64,000 nucleotides of DNA from a virus. Under the pieces are notes generated by a model. It did no database searches. It was not told where the DNA came from and saw nothing but the letters and a program-made list of their open reading frames with translations. A program made the position numbers and the translations under genes. Positions 26,649-36,051 of the stretch are shown here, one piece after another (the first letter of the stretch is position 1; the number at the start of each line of letters is the position of its first letter). The DNA is taken from positions 1 through 64,000 of IMG/VR virus record IMGVR_UViG_3300032213_001637, one strand, 5' to 3'.

Positions 26649-26694
26649 AATCTATAAATATGTTAGAAATAACAAACAACACTGGATATTATAG

Positions 26695-27732
26695 TTAAAA
26701 CTTAACAAACTTATTGTATATCTCAATCATTTCAAAGATAACGGTACTTAAATAATCTTGTGAAAAGTGATTCATTACAAAGTTACGTCGTTCCTTTAAA
26801 TTCGAATTATTATCAATCAACGACTCAATAGAATTTAAAAACTGTGTATTAGGAGTATCACAGACGGCGTTAACCAATGGATAATCACAAGATTCAACCA
26901 TTAAATCAATTAACCCCTTATAATGTGACGGTCCAATTCTGATGATATGTCCATTATTGTATAACGCCATCAAGTAACGAGCATGTGATACCGATGAGTT
27001 TCCTTCATTTAATAAGTTAATTTGAACTTTTAATTGATCGTTCCACAGTTCATGTATATCGATTTGGTCATACGTTTGTCCATATATTGGCAATTTATCA
27101 ATAAAATCTTGCATGTCTCCAAGATGACCTTTACGAGCGTTTTCATGTACAAAAAAAAGTTTAAAATCACATTTATCTGGAAACATATTGGAAAATAAAG
27201 CAAATTTCATCTTATAATGATTAAACCATGTATCTTTGTTAAATACGTCTTTATTAATTCCAGTTAGTCCTATTCTTGCGTATGCTACTTTTTTCTTATC
27301 TTCAAAATTTATTTGGTTGAATGACTTATCAATAAACATGGGAACTTCAAATAAACAATCGTGAAAACATAATGGATTAAACGATCCATCATTGGGAACG
27401 TTAGAAACCACAAATATAGGAAAATTAACAATATCTCCAATCAGGTTATCATACTTCCAAAATAAAAACTGAGTTTCTAATTGTGGATATTTTTTTAAAA
27501 CTATTGAAAGAGATAATTTCAATTGATACGGATGACCGTTAATACCAACATCAATATGATTACCGTCGAGATCAGTAACAATAATGTCTCCGTTTTTAAT
27601 TGTATACCAACATATATGATCTTGAAGATTTTTAGATTTCAACCAGTCAATTGTATCTTTTAATGAAACTTTAAAATTAACGTGATGATATTGGTTTTCT
27701 ATTTCAATCAATAGTTTTTCTTTCATAAGCAT
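26695..27732 (-). CDS. GT90-like glycosyltransferase
   Basis: KKKVAYARIGLTG and LLNEGNS-x-S-x2-RY resemble GT90/CAP10 motifs. Confidence 0.45.
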   Translation of the reverse strand: MLMKEKLLIEIENQYHHVNFKVSLKDTIDWLKSKNLQDHICWYTIKNGDIIVTDLDGNHIDVGINGHPYQLKLSLSIVLKKYPQLETQFLFWKYDNLIGDIVNFPIFVVSNVPNDGSFNPLCFHDCLFEVPMFIDKSFNQINFEDKKKVAYARIGLTGINKDVFNKDTWFNHYKMKFALFSNMFPDKCDFKLFFVHENARKGHLGDMQDFIDKLPIYGQTYDQIDIHELWNDQLKVQINLLNEGNSSVSHARYLMALYNNGHIIRIGPSHYKGLIDLMVESCDYPLVNAVCDTPNTQFLNSIESLIDNNSNLKERRNFVMNHFSQDYLSTVIFEMIEIYNKFVKF

Positions 27733-27829
27733 TTTGATGACACAGACTTAAATATATCGAATGGTAACTCTTCGTTATAACAAACGCATATCGTGACAAT
27801 TCTCATATTAAATAACTATATATTATAAT

Positions 27830-28495
27830 ATGCATATTGTTTTATCCCTGTGTGAAAAATCAAGATCCCCATATTCAAAACGAAAGTGTTTTGAAAACCT
27901 ATATAAAGTCTTTTCAAAACATTCTATTCACGTTTTAGGCGATGATTTGGACGATGATATGGAAACATATGTAAAGTCTTTTGATAACGTAAACTTAGAA
28001 AATAAAGTTCGTGGTAAAAATCAATACATGGTTGATAAGTTTAATTTCTGTATAAACAACTTCAACGTTGATGATACAATTTACATGTTAGAGGACGACT
28101 ATATGCACTATCCAGACTCAGATGTTCTTATAGAAGAAGGATTACAACATGCAGATTATGTTACACTATATGATCATCCTGACAAATATGAAGGGTTCAC
28201 GTATAAAAATCCAGAAATACAATGTATAGGAGAACAAACCGTCGTATTTTTAACTAAACATTCACATTGGAAATATACAAACTCTACAACTGGTACGTTT
28301 GCATTCAAAAAACAAACATTGATCGAAGACTATGACATTTGGATGGATCAAGTCGTTAATAATATTTGGAATTACGATTACCAAGGATTTGTTAATTTAA
28401 GAACAAACAACAGAAAAATAGCATCATGTATACCCGGACGTAGTTCACATATGTATCCGGATCAATGTCACAGTCCATTTTTTAATATTGTTTGA
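27830..28495 (+). CDS. Glycosyltransferase-like protein (GT-A)
   Basis: YMLEDDYMH, DYVTLYDHPDKY, STTGTFA. Confidence 0.7.
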   Translation: MHIVLSLCEKSRSPYSKRKCFENLYKVFSKHSIHVLGDDLDDDMETYVKSFDNVNLENKVRGKNQYMVDKFNFCINNFNVDDTIYMLEDDYMHYPDSDVLIEEGLQHADYVTLYDHPDKYEGFTYKNPEIQCIGEQTVVFLTKHSHWKYTNSTTGTFAFKKQTLIEDYDIWMDQVVNNIWNYDYQGFVNLRTNNRKIASCIPGRSSHMYPDQCHSPFFNIV

Positions 28496-29387
28496 ACTCA
28501 TTAATTGCAGCAAGTATTTTCGTTGATGATATATAACTACATTTTGGATATGATGAAAACTTCCACTGTACATTAAAATCCGGTCGATTATCTAACGCAC
28601 ATCCACCATGCATTTTACAATTCAGACATTCTAAATCTACATTTATAGATACTATATTTGATTTGGTATTGTATGCATACTCTTTAGAGTGCCATGCTTG
28701 TTCGATAGATACAATATTTTTATTAAATGCAAAACCAAAGTGTAAACTACTAGTGTTGCTTGAAACCAACAAGTCACAACAATCGATTGCTGTTATATAA
28801 TAAAAGAGTTCGTTACCAAACACATCTACAATATTGTTTTTTAACAATTTGTCGTTATTTCCAATCCAAAATATAGTCCCTGATCCGTTATATAACGATT
28901 GAACTTCTTGTGCAATTGAAATTGGAATACTTCTATTTGCAATCGACGATGTTGTATTAATCACTATCCACGGTCGTGGAAAATTATTTAAATAAAACAT
29001 CATTTGATCACGGTATTCGGATGGATACTTTATATCATATTCCAATTCCGATCTATTGACAATTCCACCCAGAATTGAATTGACATATCGTATATAAACT
29101 TCAGATGATGGATCTTTTTGCCATTCATGAATTTTTTGAACATTTTTCATCCATTCATCACAAAATCTGGTATCATGTTCTATACCTTCAAAATCAATAA
29201 TATTATCGTTATTGTTTACCTCGTTTACGGTATCAATGTAATTCTGATATTTTAGAAATGATGTTAGATGTCCACCGGTTGTAAAATCAATAGTATATCC
29301 ACGATTAAATAAAAATTTAGCGATTGATAATATCATTACTACATCACCAAGTCCACCAAGTCGTTTGATATTAATTCGATTCATCAA
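28482..29387 (-). CDS. GT9 (heptosyltransferase-like) glycosyltransferase
   Basis: RLGGLGDVVM; DLLVSSNTSSLHFG. Confidence 0.75.
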   Translation of the reverse strand: MMNRINIKRLGGLGDVVMILSIAKFLFNRGYTIDFTTGGHLTSFLKYQNYIDTVNEVNNNDNIIDFEGIEHDTRFCDEWMKNVQKIHEWQKDPSSEVYIRYVNSILGGIVNRSELEYDIKYPSEYRDQMMFYLNNFPRPWIVINTTSSIANRSIPISIAQEVQSLYNGSGTIFWIGNNDKLLKNNIVDVFGNELFYYITAIDCCDLLVSSNTSSLHFGFAFNKNIVSIEQAWHSKEYAYNTKSNIVSINVDLECLNCKMHGGCALDNRPDFNVQWKFSSYPKCSYISSTKILAAINEFKQY

Positions 29388-31921
29388 ATGATATATTTAT
29401 CGATATACATTTTAATGTTTTTATAATCAACTGAGTCTTTAGTATCAGTCAAATATGAATTATATCTTCGGTACATGCAATTAGGAACAAGATCAATTGA
29501 CGTTTCCTGTATAGAATTCAACTTCATACCTTCTACTAATGAATACGGAAAACTTTGATTTCCTATAAAAAGTTTGCCTCCACTTAAAATATTTGCAAGA
29601 TCAATCATACGATCTGTTTTATAGTAATCAACATGACCAAATTCTTCAACGAACAAAGAATGTTCTTTTGGAGTACCTACAAATATAATTTGATTACAAT
29701 AATCATTTACAATCGATTTCCACGGAAAGTTTTTATTGTGATATCTTTCTGTTCTATTAACAACAATTGGTTTTCCATCCACAACTTTTTTATCAAAGTT
29801 TAACCACTCGGATTGATCAAAATCAGCGTTTATTTTTGGATCTATACATTGTCTATATAACTGTGTTAATGGTATACGTCGAACCTGTTCAACTTCTTTT
29901 TCAGAGAATCTACCTTCTCCCCATTTTGTAAAGATCTTTCTAAAGTCATTCAAATCATAATCAACGTCAACCGGCTTGGTTAAACTGAACTGAATATCAT
30001 AAAGATAGGGTGTTTTCTTTAATAACTCTCTAATGGTCATAGCCTTATCATAAGTCATTGGACATCTGATATCCATTTTATAATAGTTAGGTGTCAATAC
30101 CAACACTCCTCCACCCAATTTCTTAATAAACGGTAAAGAGTAAATAACATCACCCAAATCTCCAGAATGATGAAATTTCATTTTATAGTACTTCTGTGCA
30201 CCAGCGTTGTTACTTGTTGAAAAGTTATGGAAACCAAATGATCCATTTGACATTTCATTTTCTACAGAAAACTTTCTGGCAAAATCAGGAGTAGGAAATT
30301 TAAACCCATTTTTAACCAAGTATGGACCATGAATTTCACATATGAATTCATCTTCCGGATTTTTTCCATCATACGGAATATACTGAATCTCGTTCATCAA
30401 CTTCTTGGAGCGTAATGAAAATCCTCCATTTCCCCCAACAACTTTATCATATTTCCAAAACCAAGGAGCGCCAATATAATCGTAATTGAGAAAATTGTTA
30501 TCCCACGCATTATAATTGATTATGAAGCCGTCCCATTGACTAATCAAACAAAATTCAGTATCAATATAATCATTTAACTCTTTCAAAACAAAGTGACTAT
30601 ATTCGGTTGTTGAATTTATTGGATTAATTTTAACCACATATGGAGAAGATATATCTTTTGACGTAAATAACTTAATGTTAGTTATTCCATGTTCAACGTA
30701 ATCATCAATGATTTTTAAACAACGATCCGTGTACAAATCGTCAATAAATACATAAGTAATCAAAGAATTTAATCGTTCAAACACGTTGTTTTGTAATGTA
30801 TCAATTGACAAAAAACTTAATATGTTAGAACATACAGTATTCACAGAAACTCTATTTTTCAAGTGTCTATGATAAGTGTTTTTATTATATTGAATCGTTC
30901 GATCTTTCAATCGGGATTGAATATCTATAATCGACTTTATAACATCGTTTACATTATACTTATTCAAAACTTCATCGTGTGGAGTAACATATAAATGTGA
31001 GTCGCCTGAAGATTTTAGTGTTACAACACCCAATCCAAGATATAAAGATTCTAACACAACTAACGGACATGGATCTTCCCTTGAAAGCAATAAGAATATA
31101 TCTGATTGATGAACTTGATCATATACTGATTTCAATTCTCCTACAAAATTAACAGGATATGGATCAACTACAACATCATTGTAAATGTTATAACCTTCCA
31201 CGGTTATATAACAGTTGTTCGTCTTTTTAGGAGCGCTACCAATCCATATAAATTCATAATCATCTGGATTAAATTGTTTAGCAACTTCGATAAATCGATC
31301 TAATCCTTTACGTATTGATGGTGTACCAATTCCAATCACTCTTTTTTTAGAATGACCAGTTTTTTTCTTGGTCAATACAATATCCAACATGTCTGTATCA
31401 ATGCACGCCGGTGTGTAAATGATTCTTTCATTGGGTATCGACTTTGACAATAGATACTTCAGTTGCCATTCAGACACCACAATAAACTTATCAATATAAT
31501 CTAATGCAACATCAATGTTTCCAATGTCAGACTGAACATAATTAAACATATCTTCATTTTCATGAAAATGTACCGTCGTCGTAATATTTGGATTTAGTTT
31601 CTTGAATATCACCAAATGTGGGATGGACAATATTGTATTTCCATACACAAGATCGGGATTAATTGTTTCAACAATTAAATTGACCGATTCAAAGTTATTT
31701 TTCTTTTCTTTCTTGATTTGATTAATCTTGAAACAATTGTACTTTCTTACCCATTCTTGATATCCAGTCGAAGAAACATAACCGGTATCAATGCATGAAA
31801 CGTATGTGTTAACGTTTTTGACATTTGAAATAAAGTGATTGATCACATATTCTAAAACAAGAGGAGCACCTGTTAGAGTACAATCATGTGTAATAAATAA
31901 AACACTTTTTAATTTTGACAT
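29384..31921 (-). CDS. Tri-domain glycosyltransferase (GT4, DUF5672-like, GT9-like)
   Basis: HD-x3-TGAP and SREDPCPLVVLES; QWDGFIIN, YDYIGAPW, GNGGFSLRS; HSGDLGDVIYSLP, FIGNQS. Confidence 0.8.
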   Translation of the reverse strand: MSKLKSVLFITHDCTLTGAPLVLEYVINHFISNVKNVNTYVSCIDTGYVSSTGYQEWVRKYNCFKINQIKKEKKNNFESVNLIVETINPDLVYGNTILSIPHLVIFKKLNPNITTTVHFHENEDMFNYVQSDIGNIDVALDYIDKFIVVSEWQLKYLLSKSIPNERIIYTPACIDTDMLDIVLTKKKTGHSKKRVIGIGTPSIRKGLDRFIEVAKQFNPDDYEFIWIGSAPKKTNNCYITVEGYNIYNDVVVDPYPVNFVGELKSVYDQVHQSDIFLLLSREDPCPLVVLESLYLGLGVVTLKSSGDSHLYVTPHDEVLNKYNVNDVIKSIIDIQSRLKDRTIQYNKNTYHRHLKNRVSVNTVCSNILSFLSIDTLQNNVFERLNSLITYVFIDDLYTDRCLKIIDDYVEHGITNIKLFTSKDISSPYVVKINPINSTTEYSHFVLKELNDYIDTEFCLISQWDGFIINYNAWDNNFLNYDYIGAPWFWKYDKVVGGNGGFSLRSKKLMNEIQYIPYDGKNPEDEFICEIHGPYLVKNGFKFPTPDFARKFSVENEMSNGSFGFHNFSTSNNAGAQKYYKMKFHHSGDLGDVIYSLPFIKKLGGGVLVLTPNYYKMDIRCPMTYDKAMTIRELLKKTPYLYDIQFSLTKPVDVDYDLNDFRKIFTKWGEGRFSEKEVEQVRRIPLTQLYRQCIDPKINADFDQSEWLNFDKKVVDGKPIVVNRTERYHNKNFPWKSIVNDYCNQIIFVGTPKEHSLFVEEFGHVDYYKTDRMIDLANILSGGKLFIGNQSFPYSLVEGMKLNSIQETSIDLVPNCMYRRYNSYLTDTKDSVDYKNIKMYIDKYII

Positions 31922-32463
31922 ACTGATATGGGAGTTATATCACTCAACCTAAATTGCATCAAGTGATTATATGGAATTATGTTTTTCTTTAAATCCAAAT
32001 CGATAATAGATATTTCACTAATATATAAACCTAATTCTCTATTATCATTATCTGGAATCATTGGTTTGCTTTTAAACTTATAACTAGATGCATATGGTAT
32101 TTCTATATCAACATGTCCATCCATATATGAAGTTTCAAATAGTATTTGATCTTGTGATGTAACCACCAATTTATTGTTTTCAACTGACGCTAAACCTATA
32201 CGCATGTTTAATGAAATAAACGGAATGTTGACTGGAAATATAACTTCCAAAATAAACTCTGATTTTGACCAAAATAATCCATCTTGTTCAAGATCATACT
32301 TATTATTAAAGTACAAAAACCAAGACTCCGATTTTTGATATTCGGTCTTGATAATTTCTCCAATAACACCAGATGTCACAACTTGTACACGTTTTTCGGA
32401 ACGAGAAATTTTTGACTGTTTATTTACATAATCAGGTAAAAAGTTAAACTTATCTCTCGTCAT
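31909..32463 (-). CDS. Hypothetical protein
   Basis: Start moved to ATGA overlap at 32463. Confidence 0.55.
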   Translation of the reverse strand: MTRDKFNFLPDYVNKQSKISRSEKRVQVVTSGVIGEIIKTEYQKSESWFLYFNNKYDLEQDGLFWSKSEFILEVIFPVNIPFISLNMRIGLASVENNKLVVTSQDQILFETSYMDGHVDIEIPYASSYKFKSKPMIPDNDNRELGLYISEISIIDLDLKKNIIPYNHLMQFRLSDITPISVCQN

Positions 32464-33044
32464 ATAGTTAATTTGCGTTCCAATTTCCAAACTTTAGCAA
32501 TCAAAAATGAACCAAATTTATATATCAATCTACAGATAAATCGAATAACCTTGTTATATGGTTTGATGATTAATCTATAAAACATAGTGGATTCAACCAC
32601 TTTTCGATTTTTAAGTTCTTCAATATGTTGTTTATGGAGTTCTTTTCGTTTGGTGTTATCGTTTATTTCAAACTTAATTGGTTTAATCTTGTCAATAACT
32701 CCGTCAATAAATACAACTTCAAATTCAACCCAATAGTCATATACACCACCATCATTATTTTGATAATCATACATACGGATGGTTCTGGTTGTTTTTACAT
32801 GAGTCCACCAATGTTTGATTTCTTTTATAATACCAAACTTTTGTGAAAATGTTTTACCATTCGGATCGCCATCGATGTGTTCTCGTTCACATTCACGTAA
32901 CCACAATGTACCATCTTCACGGATTTCATAAGAATCCAATCCGCAATCTAAATCTTTGGTTTGAAAAGACTCAACGATATACCCTTTAGTATCTTCCGGC
33001 AGCGGAAGTGGATACTTACATACTATGTCATCGAACATTCCCAT
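32460..33044 (-). CDS. Conserved phage hypothetical protein
   Basis: MGMFD...PLP...FQTKDL-x-C...Y-x-I-x2-DG-x-L. Confidence 0.65.
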   Translation of the reverse strand: MGMFDDIVCKYPLPLPEDTKGYIVESFQTKDLDCGLDSYEIREDGTLWLRECEREHIDGDPNGKTFSQKFGIIKEIKHWWTHVKTTRTIRMYDYQNNDGGVYDYWVEFEVVFIDGVIDKIKPIKFEINDNTKRKELHKQHIEELKNRKVVESTMFYRLIIKPYNKVIRFICRLIYKFGSFLIAKVWKLERKLTI

Positions 33045-33047
33045 AAA

Positions 33048-33251
33048 TCATCCTTTTGGATATGTAATTTCATACTGAATTTCATGATACTTGCCCATAA
33101 AAATACGAAATTGAGGCATTTCTAATGTAGGATAATAGTTGGCTTGAATCACAATCTTGTTTGATTGTTCATTTTCATAGTTAGCATACTTGAACCACTC
33201 TTTTGCAGCCCAATTATCCCAAACATCTTTAAGAATTTGACGTTTATTCAT
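33048..33251 (-). CDS. Small hypothetical protein (ANYYP paralogue A)
   Basis: Shares I-x-ANYYP with 33634-33822. Confidence 0.55.
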   Translation of the reverse strand: MNKRQILKDVWDNWAAKEWFKYANYENEQSNKIVIQANYYPTLEMPQFRIFMGKYHEIQYEITYPKG

Positions 33252-33615
33252 GTTTTGTTTTAGTTTCTACCATCGGTGAATTAAAAAATTTCGACTGTAA
33301 ACGGCGCTTACAGTCGAAACGGGTTAAATTAGTGTTATCAATATCTTTTCCAATTGAAACTTCTTCACTAGAACGAATTTTATCTACCAATAGGAATGTT
33401 TTACAATTTTCATCATACAGATCTCGATACTCTTGTGAAGTAATTATTTCTGTGACCTTTTCATATCCCAATTGGTGATACAATTCATCAAAGAGTTTAT
33501 TAAACCCAAGTTGTGATGCCGCAATCTTTGAGGGATCAATACAATTAGCAATCTTGACTTGAAAAATAGTCAAGATATCAAACGCATAACCTTCATCGAC
33601 ACTGATTGTAACCAT
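33244..33615 (-). CDS. DUF6165-like hypothetical protein
   Basis: ISVDEGYAFDILTIFQVK...R-x3-K...S-x3-E-x-K pattern seen in phage glycan islands. Confidence 0.5.
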   Translation of the reverse strand: MVTISVDEGYAFDILTIFQVKIANCIDPSKIAASQLGFNKLFDELYHQLGYEKVTEIITSQEYRDLYDENCKTFLLVDKIRSSEEVSIGKDIDNTNLTRFDCKRRLQSKFFNSPMVETKTKHE

Positions 33616-33633
33616 AATTTGTGGGTATATATA

Positions 33634-33822
33634 TTAGATACCTAATGTACGGATACTTATTTTAATTTTATTTGATTTGGCAAAATCATAAACCTTACCG
33701 TCTTCAGTATATGGATAGTAATTTGCATAAATAATAAACTCACGTTTATTTAATCCATTTTCTATACGATTATACCAAGGACGTTTGCCAAATGTATTTG
33801 TAATTAATTCAATCGGTGTCAT
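33634..33822 (-). CDS. Small hypothetical protein (ANYYP paralogue B)
   Basis: IIYANYYP; ATGA overlap with clamp loader. Confidence 0.55.
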   Translation of the reverse strand: MTPIELITNTFGKRPWYNRIENGLNKREFIIYANYYPYTEDGKVYDFAKSNKIKISIRTLGI

Positions 33823-34787
33823 TTTCGTAAATCAGTCAGAAGTTTGCTGATACATGCCATCAAAGCAATCTCCTTCAAAGGAGTAATCAACAAACTACAC
33901 TGATACATATATTCCGAAATGATTATTGTAGCAATAGCTTGTTTGCCATTTGCGTATTCATCCACCTTCTGATATAAAACCGCAAAGTAATCATCGTAGA
34001 CCTTAATACGTTGATCCGCAATAAATTGTCGAATCTCATTAAAAGTTGTAGGTTTACCAATACCATTCTTGATCATTTCAATCAACTTCTGATGGGTATC
34101 AGTCTTTAAGGATGACTCCTTATTGATCTTCAACTTACCTTCAAAAGTAGACTGTTGTGCAACATTGATAACCTTACGAATGTCAGGATAATACGTGTTA
34201 ACAATATACGCCAAGTCGTCGTTTTGATATTCAACATTCTCAGTCTTGAGAATCTTGGTCATATGAACTGCGACCGAAACCTTGGTCATTGGTGCAATCT
34301 CAAACGTCATACAACGTGAAACAATCGGAAGAATCATCTTCTCATGATAGTTACATGTCAGAATGAACCTAGTAGACATACTAAACGTCTCCATCAAGTT
34401 ACGCAAAGCCGCTTGTGCTTCTGGTGACATATAATCACATTCGTCAAGAATGATAACCTTCAAAGGTTTGATACCTACACAAGACGCAAAACTCTTGATC
34501 TTGGTTCGAACATTATCGACCTTATTTTCATCAGACGCATTAATATACAATACATCACAGCTGATCTGTTTAGTCAACAGTTTAGCCAACGTGGTCTTTC
34601 CAGTGCCAGCACCACCATACAACATCAAATGTGGAATGTTCTGTTGATCGATATACGACTTAACCGTATTGGTGATATTCTCATTACCGATGTAGTTTTC
34701 AATAGTTGTAGGTCGATACTTCTCAACCCACAAACTATGAACCTTAGTATCATCAGTATGACTGACCTCTTCAAAAAAGGCATCCAT
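33819..34787 (-). CDS. Clamp loader AAA+ subunit (gp44/RFC-small-like)
   Basis: LWVEKYRP, GAGTGKTT, INASDE, ILDECD, SRC. Confidence 0.93.
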   Translation of the reverse strand: MDAFFEEVSHTDDTKVHSLWVEKYRPTTIENYIGNENITNTVKSYIDQQNIPHLMLYGGAGTGKTTLAKLLTKQISCDVLYINASDENKVDNVRTKIKSFASCVGIKPLKVIILDECDYMSPEAQAALRNLMETFSMSTRFILTCNYHEKMILPIVSRCMTFEIAPMTKVSVAVHMTKILKTENVEYQNDDLAYIVNTYYPDIRKVINVAQQSTFEGKLKINKESSLKTDTHQKLIEMIKNGIGKPTTFNEIRQFIADQRIKVYDDYFAVLYQKVDEYANGKQAIATIIISEYMYQCSLLITPLKEIALMACISKLLTDLRK

Positions 34788-34792
34788 AAGAA

Positions 34793-35536
34793 TTATTCTC
34801 TGGCTTGAACAGGACCAAAGTGATAAGTAGCATCAAAGGTATCGGTACTGAACTGAACAGTTGCCAATCCTGACTCAGAAACCTTCAATACAGCGTTTTC
34901 ACACTCGTTGTTAGAATCCAACACACTCTTGAGAAAATCTGCATTAAAGTTCAAAGGCTTGTCAAGCTTCGCCGTTCCAGTCTTGATAGGAACATCCAAA
35001 GTTACACGATTGCTGTTGATTGAAGCGTATCCGATTACCAATTGAACCGTATTAGTCTTTTTGTTCATCAAAAGAGTAAACTTGGATTCGTCAGACAACG
35101 CATCCTTGGCACTACGATACTTAGAAATGAACTCCTTGTTGAGATCAATTTCAAAGTGATATGTAGGTTGTTTCGCAAGACGTGAAGACTTAGGAATCAC
35201 AGTCAACTCAGCCGTCATAAACTGAATCTCAGAGGTTTTATCAGAGAATGATAGAGAAGTCACACGTCCATCGTTCTGATTGATCGTCATGGTGATATCT
35301 TCACCCAGAGCCTTCAACATCTTCTGCAACTTATCAGTGTCATACACACCAATCTCATAATCGGCAGAAAGTCCTTCGACGTTCTTCCAGTTCACATCAT
35401 AAACCAAACTTTTGTCGCTGGTGATGGCACTCAGACTGATCTGATTGTCCTTGGTGGAAAGATTCCACTTAACTGCGGTTACTTCTCCGTTAAGAGAATA
35501 TTTATTAATGAATTTTTGTAGGTTTGTCTTTGTCAT
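34793..35536 (-). CDS. DNA sliding clamp (gp45-like)
   Basis: About 247 aa alpha/beta two-domain pattern, adjacent to clamp loader; start moved to MTKTNLQKF. Confidence 0.75.
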   Translation of the reverse strand: MTKTNLQKFINKYSLNGEVTAVKWNLSTKDNQISLSAITSDKSLVYDVNWKNVEGLSADYEIGVYDTDKLQKMLKALGEDITMTINQNDGRVTSLSFSDKTSEIQFMTAELTVIPKSSRLAKQPTYHFEIDLNKEFISKYRSAKDALSDESKFTLLMNKKTNTVQLVIGYASINSNRVTLDVPIKTGTAKLDKPLNFNADFLKSVLDSNNECENAVLKVSESGLATVQFSTDTFDATYHFGPVQARE

Positions 35537-35559
35537 AACTTTTTTAAGTTGTTCTTTAT

Positions 35560-35588
35560 ACTGTAGTCTAACTATCTCGATCTGTCCA
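35560..35588 (-). promoter_or_regulatory. Sigma70-type promoter for clamp and clamp loader
   Basis: Minus strand TGGACA-17 nt-TACAGT. Confidence 0.55.
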
Positions 35589-35589
35589 T

Positions 35590-36051
35590 TTAATTTATCC
35601 AATATTCGTTCTCAGACTGTTCGGGGAATTCTTTCACAAAGTCCGTACATATAGCATGGCATTTGGTACGATCTCCAATCCATCCTCTTTCTGGCAAAAC
35701 ACACACGCTTTCAGGATACAACTGTTTGCCCGGATAGGTCCAAATGTATCGTTTGCTGGTCAATACCCAATCTTCGGTGGTATGCCAAAATACGTTAACT
35801 GAATAATCCTGAAACAACATATTAAATGCGTCTCCATTTTTTGCATGAAGCCAAAACTTATGATTGGTTAGAAAATCATACTTGACTTCATACAATGGTT
35901 CATCATGTCCCAGATACCACTTGGTTTTAATATACCAGACATCAATTTCAACATCATGTCCAGCCTTTTCAGCAAATTTGATATAATCCGGATGGTTTTC
36001 CTTTTCAGGAATAGATCCATTCAAATTACCTCGGTGTGATATTAGTTTCAT
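35590..36051 (-). CDS. PLC/GDPD-like phosphodiesterase-fold protein
   Basis: ISHRGN...EN...DVEIDVW...LGHD. Confidence 0.7.
   Translation of the reverse strand: MKLISHRGNLNGSIPEKENHPDYIKFAEKAGHDVEIDVWYIKTKWYLGHDEPLYEVKYDFLTNHKFWLHAKNGDAFNMLFQDYSVNVFWHTTEDWVLTSKRYIWTYPGKQLYPESVCVLPERGWIGDRTKCHAICTDFVKEFPEQSENEYWIN

Noticed and set aside
12699-26661. T4-type TATAAATA late promoters on the plus strand
   Set aside because: They lie just upstream of minus-strand starts and point away from those genes; the consistent sense motif is the reverse complement
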